This document shows positions 30,704 to 39,066 of a DNA stretch of 64,000 bases, piece by piece. A program made the position numbers and the translations under genes. Source of the DNA: an uncultured delta proteobacterium (GTDB taxonomy: Bacteria > Desulfobacterota > Desulfobacteria > Desulfobacterales > JAFDCJ01); NCBI GenBank assembly GCA_963769935.1, contig CAVYNY010000020.1, positions 160,001-224,000 on the forward strand, in the 5' to 3' direction. The notes under the pieces are model-generated. The model had not been told where the DNA came from, did not search any database, and saw only the letters and a list, made by a program, of their open reading frames with translations. The stretch's first letter is position 1. Each line of letters starts with the position of its first letter.

Positions 30704-32137
30704 ATGGATCCGAACCTGAAAAGATTCAATTCAAATCCGCTGGAATACCTGTCCGCCGAGCAGATGCGTGATATTCATTCAGCATCGCTGGCTATTTTGG
30801 AAGACTGCGGAACGGTTATTCATCATGAGAAAGCAGTTGGCCTTTTGCACCAGGCCGGCGCCCGGGTCCAAGACGACAAGCGGGTGTTTATTCCGAGCGG
30901 TTTGGTCGAATGGGCTGCTCGCCGGGCGCCGTCGCGCGTCACCCTGTACGACCGCAACGGAAAACCGTTTATGTTTCTTGAAGGCCGCAATGTTTACTAC
31001 GGCACCGGATCCGACTGTCCGAATCTGCTGGACAGTTTCACGGGTGAACGCCGCCAATTCTTATCCAAGGACGTGGCCGATGCCGTCCGGCTGGTGGATG
31101 CACTGCCTTATATTGATTTTACCATGTCAATGGGATTGGCGCCTGATTTTCCAAGCAACCGGCAGTATCAGCATAAGTATGCCGTCATGATTCGCAATTC
31201 CACCAAACCCCAGGTCATAACAGCAGCCGACCGGCAAACTCTCAACGACATCGTCGATATCGCCGCCGCGGCAGTCGGCGGTCGCGATGAACTCAGGCGC
31301 AAGCCCGTTTTCGTTTTATATGACGAACCGACGTCACCCCTGGTGCATATTAAGGAAGCGTTGGAAAAGCTCATGTTCATGGCGGAAAACAATCTGCCGA
31401 CCAACTATTCCCCGGGGATCATGGCCGGCGGCACCAGCCCGGTAACCATGGCCGGCGCCATCGCCCAGGCCAACGCCGAAATCCTGGCCGGTCTGGTCAT
31501 TCATCAGCTGACAAATCCGGGGGCACCCTTTATCTTCGGAGCCGGTATGTCGCCCATGGACATGCAGAGCATGCAGCCGACCTATTCCGCTCCCGAAGCC
31601 ATGATCACCCAGGCCGGCCTTTGCCAGCTCGGGCGCTGCCTTTACGATCTGCCGACCTGGGGCTTCGGCGGATGCAGTGCCGCCAAACTGGTGGATGCCC
31701 AGGCGGTGAATGAAGCGGCTGCTTATGTCATGATGGCGGGCTGGATGGGCACCAATCTCGTCCATGACGTGGGATACCTGGAATTCGGTTTGACCTATTC
31801 TTTCGATCTGCTGGTACTCTGCGACGAAATCATCGGCCAGGTCCGACGCATGATGGAAGGCATCCGGGTCGACAAAGAATATCTGGCCGTTGAAAGCATC
31901 AAGCGCGTCGGACCGGGAGGGCATTTTCTCGGCGATGAACACACCATGCGCCATTTCCGGGAAAACTGGCAGCCCGAGCTAACCGACCGAAAAACATACG
32001 AAACCTGGAAGTCCCAGGGGGCTGCGAGCATGGAGCAGCGGGCCAAGGCAAAAGTTAAACATATCCTGGAAAATCATCGCCCGCAGCCGCTGCCGGTGGA
32101 GGTGGACGCAGAAATCGATAAAATACTGGGTAGATGA
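30704..32137 (+). CDS. MttB-superfamily corrinoid methyltransferase, non-pyrrolysine (copy 1)
   Basis: IHSASLAILE, PTSPL, GGTSPVTMAG, GGCSAAKLVDAQA, HDVGYLE, GPGGHFL; no in-frame TAG. Confidence 0.9.
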   Translation: MDPNLKRFNSNPLEYLSAEQMRDIHSASLAILEDCGTVIHHEKAVGLLHQAGARVQDDKRVFIPSGLVEWAARRAPSRVTLYDRNGKPFMFLEGRNVYYGTGSDCPNLLDSFTGERRQFLSKDVADAVRLVDALPYIDFTMSMGLAPDFPSNRQYQHKYAVMIRNSTKPQVITAADRQTLNDIVDIAAAAVGGRDELRRKPVFVLYDEPTSPLVHIKEALEKLMFMAENNLPTNYSPGIMAGGTSPVTMAGAIAQANAEILAGLVIHQLTNPGAPFIFGAGMSPMDMQSMQPTYSAPEAMITQAGLCQLGRCLYDLPTWGFGGCSAAKLVDAQAVNEAAAYVMMAGWMGTNLVHDVGYLEFGLTYSFDLLVLCDEIIGQVRRMMEGIRVDKEYLAVESIKRVGPGGHFLGDEHTMRHFRENWQPELTDRKTYETWKSQGAASMEQRAKAKVKHILENHRPQPLPVEVDAEIDKILGR

Positions 32138-32206
32138 TCAACCGAAATTTCAGGCAATTTAGGTATTTTGTAATTTTTCTGCATTTTTATTCAGGAGGTT
32201 TCATAA

Positions 32207-33451
32207 ATGAGTGCGAAAGATCTTTTTTTCATGCGCGACCCCTGGGTTTATCGTCCGGATGCCCCTAAGACGGAGCGCGAAGATGCCCGGCTGGGCCTTG
32301 ATACGCGCTGCCTGCACGCTGGATTTCATCCGATGCAGGATTTGGAGAGTTTCCGTTCCTTTGTACCGCCGATCACCCCTTCCATGACCTATCCCTATGA
32401 AACATTTGATAAGATTCCGTGTCCGGTCTACGGCCGCACCCGCACGCCGACCAACTCGCTGCTGGAAGAGCGCCTGGCATCACTGGAAGGCGGCGAGGCC
32501 TGTATTACGGCCGGTTCGGGTTCCCAGGCCTTGTTCAACCTGATTTTTACCATTGCGCGGCCGGGGGACAACGTGGTCACCTCCCTGAATATATTCGGCG
32601 AAGGCTATAAGCAGGCGGCCACTGTCTTTCCGGAACGCTGCCGGGTCGAGTTTCGTTTCGTGCAAAATCCGGCCGATCTCAAATCCTGGGAATCCCACAT
32701 CGATCAGCGGACCAAGCTGGTCTGGATCGAAACCCCCAGCAATCCTTGTCTATTTATCACCGACATCGCCGGGGTGGCTGGCGTCGCGCATGCCTGCGGC
32801 GTCCCGCTGCTGGTTGACAACACCACGGCCACCGCTGCTTTGCAGCAGCCGATGGCCCTGGGAGCGGACATCATATTGCTGTCGATTACCAAGTTTTTAG
32901 CCGGCAATGCGACGGTAATCGGCGGCGCCATCATCGGGGAGGAAGCACTGGTGGAAGATATCCGCTGGAATACAACCGAATTTCTGGGCTCCATCATGCC
33001 GCCCCTGGAGGCCTGGATGACGCTGCAGTATCTTGAAACCCTTTCCATGCGCATGCAACGGCACAGCGCCAACTCCCAGGCCGTGGCCGAATTCCTGGCC
33101 GTCCATGCCAAGGTCAAGCAGGTCAACTACCCCGGCCTGCCGGATCACCCCCAGCATGAGCTGGCCCAGCGCCAGATGAAAGCCCACGGCGGACTGATGT
33201 CGTTTGTGGTCTCAGGCGGCATGCCGGCAGCGGCGCAAGTGATGAACGCCTTGAAGCTTATCGTGCACGCCGTCACCTTCGGCACCAGCCGCACCATCTG
33301 CATGCACCCGGCGACCATCACCCATGAACACATGACCCCCGCCGAGCGCCAAGCGGCCGGCATCGACGACGGCCTGATCCGGCTTTCGGTCGGCCTGGAA
33401 AATCCCGAGGATATCATTGCGGATCTGGATCAGGCCCTGACGAGGCTTTGA
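32207..33451 (+). CDS. PLP-dependent transsulfuration family enzyme (MGL/CGS-like, atypical)
   Basis: YGR..TPT, LEGGE, IETPSNP, VDNT, SITKFLAG, HPATITH, IRLSVGLE. Confidence 0.88.
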   Translation: MSAKDLFFMRDPWVYRPDAPKTEREDARLGLDTRCLHAGFHPMQDLESFRSFVPPITPSMTYPYETFDKIPCPVYGRTRTPTNSLLEERLASLEGGEACITAGSGSQALFNLIFTIARPGDNVVTSLNIFGEGYKQAATVFPERCRVEFRFVQNPADLKSWESHIDQRTKLVWIETPSNPCLFITDIAGVAGVAHACGVPLLVDNTTATAALQQPMALGADIILLSITKFLAGNATVIGGAIIGEEALVEDIRWNTTEFLGSIMPPLEAWMTLQYLETLSMRMQRHSANSQAVAEFLAVHAKVKQVNYPGLPDHPQHELAQRQMKAHGGLMSFVVSGGMPAAAQVMNALKLIVHAVTFGTSRTICMHPATITHEHMTPAERQAAGIDDGLIRLSVGLENPEDIIADLDQALTRL

Positions 33452-33589
33452 CCCCCAAGGATTTAGAGACAAGCAAAGAATCCTGGCCCAAAGGACCAGG
33501 TTTTCAATGTTGGAATACAACCGCTGCCCGGACAGAAACCGGATTATCCTTGACACAACCCAAAGAAATAGTTTAAGCCATCTAGGCCA

Positions 33590-33790
33590 GGGGGTTGCGG
33601 CTACCAAGAACTTGGTGGCGCAACCCATCTGTATTATTAACCTTTTCAGTGCAGCCGGCGTTATTTTTGAGATAAAACCAAAATTCCAGTGCTCCCAAGG
33701 CGATGCACTGCCGAATTTTCCTTTTCTGACACCTTCACGCGAAGGTTTCTAAACCACCAATAGATGGGTGCCGCCTGCGACGGTTTAGGG
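33590..33790 (+). promoter_or_regulatory. Candidate structured 5' leader of the ABC operon
   Basis: Several complementary segments (see findings); TTGACA at 33550. Confidence 0.35.
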
Positions 33791-33833
33791 AGGCATTTCT
33801 TTTGAACCCAGGGGAAAAAAGGAGGAAGTCAAC

Positions 33834-35480
33834 ATGAAGGAACACGAAAAAATTCATTCCGCAGTCAATGAACTCAAAGACGACCTGGACAAGGGTAAAA
33901 TCTCCCGGCGCGATTTTTTGCGCTATGCAACTTTGTTGGGCGTCTCCGCGACAGCCGCCGGCCAGCTGGCCGGGATGGTCTGGCCCCAGAAGGCTTTTGC
34001 CGCTGTAAAGCGGGGTGGAACCATTAAAGTGTCCTCGCCGGTTCACAAAGTGACCCATCCGGCCCAGTTCTCCTGGATCTCGCCCAGCAACCAGCTGCGT
34101 CAAGTGGCGGAATATTTGACCTTCACCGATGCCGATAATATTACCCACCCGTATCTGCTCGAAAACTGGCAGGCCAGCGATGATCTAAAAACCTGGACCC
34201 TGAATCTTCGTAAGGGAATCAAATTCAACAATGGTGACGAATTCGTCGCCGACGATGTGATTTTTACCATGGGCCAGTGGCTGAACAAGGATGTGGGATC
34301 GTCCATGCTCGGTTTGCTGGGGGCTTATCTGGAACCTACCGGAATCGAAAAAACTTCCGCTTATCAGGTGACGCTGCACCTCAAAGCGGCGGAAATTGCA
34401 GTCCCCGAACATCTGTTCCACTACCCGGCCATGATTCTGAACCACCGTACGTTTGAGGGCGATTTCATTAAAAGGCCCCACGGTACCGGTCCTTATACCC
34501 TTGAAGTTTATAAAGAGGGGGAGCGCTGTGTCCTAAAAAGGCGCAACGACTACTGGAAGAAGGGGGCGGACGGAAAGCTCTTGCCGTACATGGATGGTGC
34601 TGAATTTATTGATATGGGAACTGAAATGCCTCCCCAGATCGCGGCCCTGCAGGCCGGCGAGATCGACCTGATCGACTTCGGCGATATCGGCGGCACGGAG
34701 GCCTTTGCAGCCTTGAAAAATGACAAACGGGTCAATATTTACCCGGCGACAACCAACCAAACCCGGGTTCTGCGGATGCGGGTAGACATGAAACCCTGGT
34801 CCGACAACAACGTGCGCACCGCCCTCAAGCTGTGTCAGCACCGCGAAAAAATTCTGGCGTTGGCCTACTTCGGGGAGGGGCTTGTGGGACAGGATGTCCA
34901 TGTCAGCCCCAAGCATCCGGATTACTGTCCGATTGGTACGCCTCCCTTTGATCCGCAGCGCGCCAAGCAGCTGCTGAAGGATGCCGGTTACAGCAATGGC
35001 CTGGATGTCAACCTGGCGGTGGGCAGCGGCTGGAAGGAAATTGTACGCTACGCCGAAATCCTCAAGCAGGATGCGGCGCCGGCAGGCTTCAGGATCAATA
35101 TCCAGACCATGCCCAACAGCCAGTACTGGGAAAAATGGACCGAAGTGGACCTGGGAATTACGACCTGGGCCCACCGTCCGATTGGAACCATGGTGCTGAA
35201 TCTGGCCTACGTCGGCGACGACACCGGAAAACCCGTGCCCTGGAATGAAACCCGCTGGGTCGATGCGGAGTTTTCCAAATTGCTCAAAGAAGCCAACGGC
35301 ACCCTGGATCTTGAAAAGCGCCGCAAGATATTCTGTAAACTCGAAAATATCCAACAAAGCAGGGGCTCGATTGGGATTGCTTTCTGGATCAATGTCTGGA
35401 ACATGACCACCAAGCGCGTCCAGGATATCAAAGCCCACCCAAGCCTCTATTTGATGTTCGACAAGGTATGGCTCACCTAA
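33834..35480 (+). CDS. Dpp/Opp-family ABC substrate-binding protein with Tat signal
   Basis: ISRRDFLR Tat motif; LRKGIKFNNG, GTGPY, RRNDYW. Confidence 0.92.
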   Translation: MKEHEKIHSAVNELKDDLDKGKISRRDFLRYATLLGVSATAAGQLAGMVWPQKAFAAVKRGGTIKVSSPVHKVTHPAQFSWISPSNQLRQVAEYLTFTDADNITHPYLLENWQASDDLKTWTLNLRKGIKFNNGDEFVADDVIFTMGQWLNKDVGSSMLGLLGAYLEPTGIEKTSAYQVTLHLKAAEIAVPEHLFHYPAMILNHRTFEGDFIKRPHGTGPYTLEVYKEGERCVLKRRNDYWKKGADGKLLPYMDGAEFIDMGTEMPPQIAALQAGEIDLIDFGDIGGTEAFAALKNDKRVNIYPATTNQTRVLRMRVDMKPWSDNNVRTALKLCQHREKILALAYFGEGLVGQDVHVSPKHPDYCPIGTPPFDPQRAKQLLKDAGYSNGLDVNLAVGSGWKEIVRYAEILKQDAAPAGFRINIQTMPNSQYWEKWTEVDLGITTWAHRPIGTMVLNLAYVGDDTGKPVPWNETRWVDAEFSKLLKEANGTLDLEKRRKIFCKLENIQQSRGSIGIAFWINVWNMTTKRVQDIKAHPSLYLMFDKVWLT

Positions 35481-35496
35481 GTCATAATTATTACCG

Positions 35497-35538
35497 GAGC
35501 AGGCCTCGCCTGAATTTAAATTCAGGCGAGGCCTGCTC
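35497..35538. terminator. Perfect 42-bp palindrome after the SBP gene (mRNA-stabilising or terminating hairpin)
   Basis: gagcaggcctcgcctgaatttaaattcaggcgaggcctgctc. Confidence 0.75.
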
Positions 35539-35571
35539 ATCGCGACCCCTTTTTCTGCAAAGATTCAATTT

Positions 35572-36639
35572 ATGAAGGGACATGGTGAACATCTGGAGGC
35601 AATTTGCCGCCGCTTTAATATTCCTGATTTTCTTACGCCCTGGCTCGACCGGTTTTTCGAACCGGCCGAAATGACCCTCATCCGGATTTTATCTGAAAAA
35701 CCTTTACGCCCAGCATCCCTGGCCGGCCGGATGGCCGACAGGCCCATCGAGATTTTTCTGGACAGAGCCTACCGGCGGGGGATCATCAACCGCCTGCCGG
35801 ACGGCCGGATCGATATAACAGACTTTCATGTGCGCTTTGAAATCTGGGCCCTTTTTGAAGGGTGGCAGGACATTCCCGCAGAGATTCGCCGGCGTCTCAA
35901 CGACTGGGAAATGGCCTTTTACGAAGCGAGCAAACGGGATCAGATTGAATCCCTGAAAAAGGGGACTGCCGGAGCGAATGCGGATATTGCCGAATACATG
36001 CTGCTGACAGAGGCTGAGGATCTGATCGCGCACGCCCCCCGTATTTACCTGTGGCCATGCAACTGCCGCGCCATGATGGGAGAATGCCGCCAACCCTTGT
36101 ATACCTGCCTGCGCTTCAGCAATGACCGCGGATTGGGTTGGGAAATCTCAGCCGGTCGCGCCCGAGAAATTATCCATGACGCCAACCGCAAGGGACTGAT
36201 GCAGGTCGGTGAAGTTTCAACAACACCTGACGGCAGGTTTACCGGCGCGATATGCAACTGCTGCACGCACTGCTGTTATCCCCATCGCTTATCAAAGCGC
36301 TTGGGCTCTGAGAAGATCTGGCCGACCAGCCGTTATGTAGCCCAGCATCTGGTCGAACTCTGCTCCTGCTGCGGCAAATGCGTTGCCCGCTGCCCATTCC
36401 AGGCCTTTCAATTTCAAAAATCATCTCCGAACCGCAGCCGGGACCGCAAACGTGCTATCGTTTTTAATCCGGACGCCTGCCGTGGGTGCGGCCTCTGCCA
36501 GACCGGCTGCCCGGAGCAGGCCATCCGGATGATTCCACTGGACGCTGAAAATTGCAAACCCTTGTCCGTCCGCTTGGGTGCGGTCCAACAGACTTTCCAA
36601 CAACCCGGGTTCGCTTCCACCCCAACCCTGCACCGTTAA
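35572..36639 (+). CDS. 4Fe-4S binding protein
   Basis: PCNCR..C..C, ICNCCTHCC, CSCCGKCVARCP, CRGCGLCQTGCP. Confidence 0.85.
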   Translation: MKGHGEHLEAICRRFNIPDFLTPWLDRFFEPAEMTLIRILSEKPLRPASLAGRMADRPIEIFLDRAYRRGIINRLPDGRIDITDFHVRFEIWALFEGWQDIPAEIRRRLNDWEMAFYEASKRDQIESLKKGTAGANADIAEYMLLTEAEDLIAHAPRIYLWPCNCRAMMGECRQPLYTCLRFSNDRGLGWEISAGRAREIIHDANRKGLMQVGEVSTTPDGRFTGAICNCCTHCCYPHRLSKRLGSEKIWPTSRYVAQHLVELCSCCGKCVARCPFQAFQFQKSSPNRSRDRKRAIVFNPDACRGCGLCQTGCPEQAIRMIPLDAENCKPLSVRLGAVQQTFQQPGFASTPTLHR

Positions 36640-36710
36640 GGGGGCGGACCCAGGCGGAACTAAAATGGGGATGGGCTAACGCCGCTGGCCGGTTCAAAAG
36701 GTTGTCGAAA

Positions 36711-38009
36711 ATGGCAAAATTTATTTTAAGACGTTTTTTTCTGTTGCTGCTGACGATGTTTCTGGTGTCGATTGCCGTTTTCCTGATCACGGAATCTTCC
36801 CCGGGTAATGTGGCCAAAAACGTCCTGGGTGCCTTTATTACGCCCGAGCAGGAGGCCTCCTTTCTGGCTCAAGTGGGCCTGGATAAACCGATACTGACGC
36901 GCTACATTTACTGGCTTATCGGCAGCGACTGGCAGGCAGCGCACAAAATCGGCCTGCCGTTGCAGCGCATAACCACCCCGAAGGGTTTTCAGGAATGGTG
37001 GGCCGTCCGGCCGGACGGCAAGTTGGTTCGCTGGGAGCTTGAAGGCGAAAACCTCAAAGCCTTTGTGCGCAGCCCTGACGGTCGCATCAGCGAGCAGCTC
37101 GACAATGACCGTTGGACCGTCGGCCAAAAAGGCGTCAGCACCTTCTGGGGGGTCGACCGCCAGAATCACGCCGTACTCTGGGAAAAAGGCTCCGATCAAA
37201 AAGTGTGGACATTTGTGGTCGGAACCGGCTGGATGGAGTCCACCGGCGGGCCCATATCCTATATCCCGTTAAAAAAGGGCTTTATTCGGGGCGATCCGGG
37301 TGTTTCGCTGCGCACCGGGCGCCCGGTAGGCAACAGTTTGTTTGTACGATTGCGAAATTCCCTGGTGCTGGCCGGCATCGCCTTTGTGATCGTGATGCCG
37401 CTGGCTCTGCTTCTCGGGATCATTGCCGGTCTAAAAGAAGGCTCGCTGAAGGATCGTTTCCTTTCAATCTCAGGGATGATGTTTTCGGTGATACCCGAGT
37501 TTGCCACCGGTATTTTTCTGATTTTGATTGTGGCCGTGTGGTGGGGCCTGGTACCCGGCGCCACGGTATTCGGCGAAAAAGCGCCCTGGGAAAGACCGGA
37601 CATGCTCATTTTGCCGGTACTGACGCTGACCCTCATCGAGCTGGGCTATGTGCTGCGAATTACCCGGGCCAGCATGGTCGAGGTTATGCGCGCACCGTTT
37701 ATTCGCACGGCTTTTCTCAAAGGCCTGCCGTATTGGCGCATCGTCTTCAAGCATGCCTTACGCAACGCGCTGATGGCGCCGATCACGGTCATCATGCTCC
37801 ATATCAACTGGCTGATGGGAGGAATTGTGATTGTGGAAGTCGTGTTCGGCTATCCCGGCCTGGGGCAATATTTGCTGGACTCGGCCCTGTATAAGGATAT
37901 CAACGCACTGGAGGCGGGCGCCATGATACTGGTCACGGTGGCGGTCGGCACCCAGCTGTTCGCCGATATCATATACACGTTTTTAAATCCCAGGATACGC
38001 TACGGTTAA
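36711..38009 (+). CDS. DppB-type ABC permease with a long loop insertion
   Basis: FILRRF..PGNVA, GDPGVSL, TRASMVEVM, KHALRNAL, VEVVFGYPGLG. Confidence 0.9.
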   Translation: MAKFILRRFFLLLLTMFLVSIAVFLITESSPGNVAKNVLGAFITPEQEASFLAQVGLDKPILTRYIYWLIGSDWQAAHKIGLPLQRITTPKGFQEWWAVRPDGKLVRWELEGENLKAFVRSPDGRISEQLDNDRWTVGQKGVSTFWGVDRQNHAVLWEKGSDQKVWTFVVGTGWMESTGGPISYIPLKKGFIRGDPGVSLRTGRPVGNSLFVRLRNSLVLAGIAFVIVMPLALLLGIIAGLKEGSLKDRFLSISGMMFSVIPEFATGIFLILIVAVWWGLVPGATVFGEKAPWERPDMLILPVLTLTLIELGYVLRITRASMVEVMRAPFIRTAFLKGLPYWRIVFKHALRNALMAPITVIMLHINWLMGGIVIVEVVFGYPGLGQYLLDSALYKDINALEAGAMILVTVAVGTQLFADIIYTFLNPRIRYG

Positions 38010-38061
38010 AGCGGCCGACGGTGCCACGCAACGAATTTTTGAAATATCATCCGGAGAGTTT

Positions 38062-38994
38062 ATGACAGCCTCTGAAGAAGCCATGGATACGGCCGAAGTA
38101 TCGCAACCCGGCAGCTTTCCTAAACGCATGTGGGGCGGTATCTCCATTATTTTCTCCTCCAAAGTGGCGCTGGTCGGTTTTGCGCTGGTCTTTTTTTGGA
38201 TGTTCACGGCGGTTTTTGCACCCTTTCTGACCCGATACACCCCGGTTGAGCAGGACTGGAAAGCACCCAATGAAGGGCCATCCCAAGCGCATATCCTTGG
38301 TACCGATGAGCTGGGACGGGATCTATGGTCCCGGTTGATATACGGTGCCCGGGTCGTCCTGATCGTCCTGCCGATTACGGAAAAATACTGGCTGCCTGGC
38401 GGCACGGCGATCTGGGGGGTTCTGGCAGCCCTTCTGGTGGGAATGGCCTTCGGACTGGTGGCCGGTTTCTATGGCGGGTGGATTGATGAAATCGTGATGC
38501 GTCTTTTAGACGCCATGATGGCGGTGCCCATCATCCTGCTTTATTTAATTATCATGGCCGCCCTGGGGGCATCCGCCTTGAATGTGGTCATCGCCATTAC
38601 CATCGTGGGCACCCCCGGGATTGCCCGTCTGGTGCGCAGTTTGACGCTGGATATCCGCACCCGGGAATACATCCGGGCAGCCGAGACCCGGGGTGAGAAT
38701 CCATGGCACATCATGTTCGTTGAAATCCTGCCCAACGCACGCGGTCCGATTATCGTCGATGCCATGCTGCGCGTTGGTTATGCCATATTCGCCATGGGAA
38801 CCCTGGGTTTTCTCGGTCTGGGGCTGCCGCCGCCGTCCCCCGACTGGGGCAGCATGGTAGCCAAGGGCCGGGAGTTCATCCTGTCGGGCAGCCCCTGGGC
38901 CGCCCTGTGGCCGTCGCTGGCGATTGCCTCACTGGTGGTCGGGCTTAACTTGTTGGCCGATGGGTTGCGGGAAGAAACGATGCGCTATCAGTAA
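38062..38994 (+). CDS. DppC-type ABC permease
   Basis: HILGTDELGRD, EYIRAA..RGE, EILPN, LGFLGLG..PDWG. Confidence 0.92.
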   Translation: MTASEEAMDTAEVSQPGSFPKRMWGGISIIFSSKVALVGFALVFFWMFTAVFAPFLTRYTPVEQDWKAPNEGPSQAHILGTDELGRDLWSRLIYGARVVLIVLPITEKYWLPGGTAIWGVLAALLVGMAFGLVAGFYGGWIDEIVMRLLDAMMAVPIILLYLIIMAALGASALNVVIAITIVGTPGIARLVRSLTLDIRTREYIRAAETRGENPWHIMFVEILPNARGPIIVDAMLRVGYAIFAMGTLGFLGLGLPPPSPDWGSMVAKGREFILSGSPWAALWPSLAIASLVVGLNLLADGLREETMRYQ

Positions 38995-39066
38995 TTTCGG
39001 CGGTCGGCGGCCGGGGATGATTTTTTTGGAAGATCCGCCGGCACAGCCAAATGGAAGGAGTTTAAC

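Noticed and set aside
34533..35540. Long antisense ORFs (also 568-1359, 1432-2397, 38929-39747)
   Set aside because: Shadows of well-supported genes on the opposite strand
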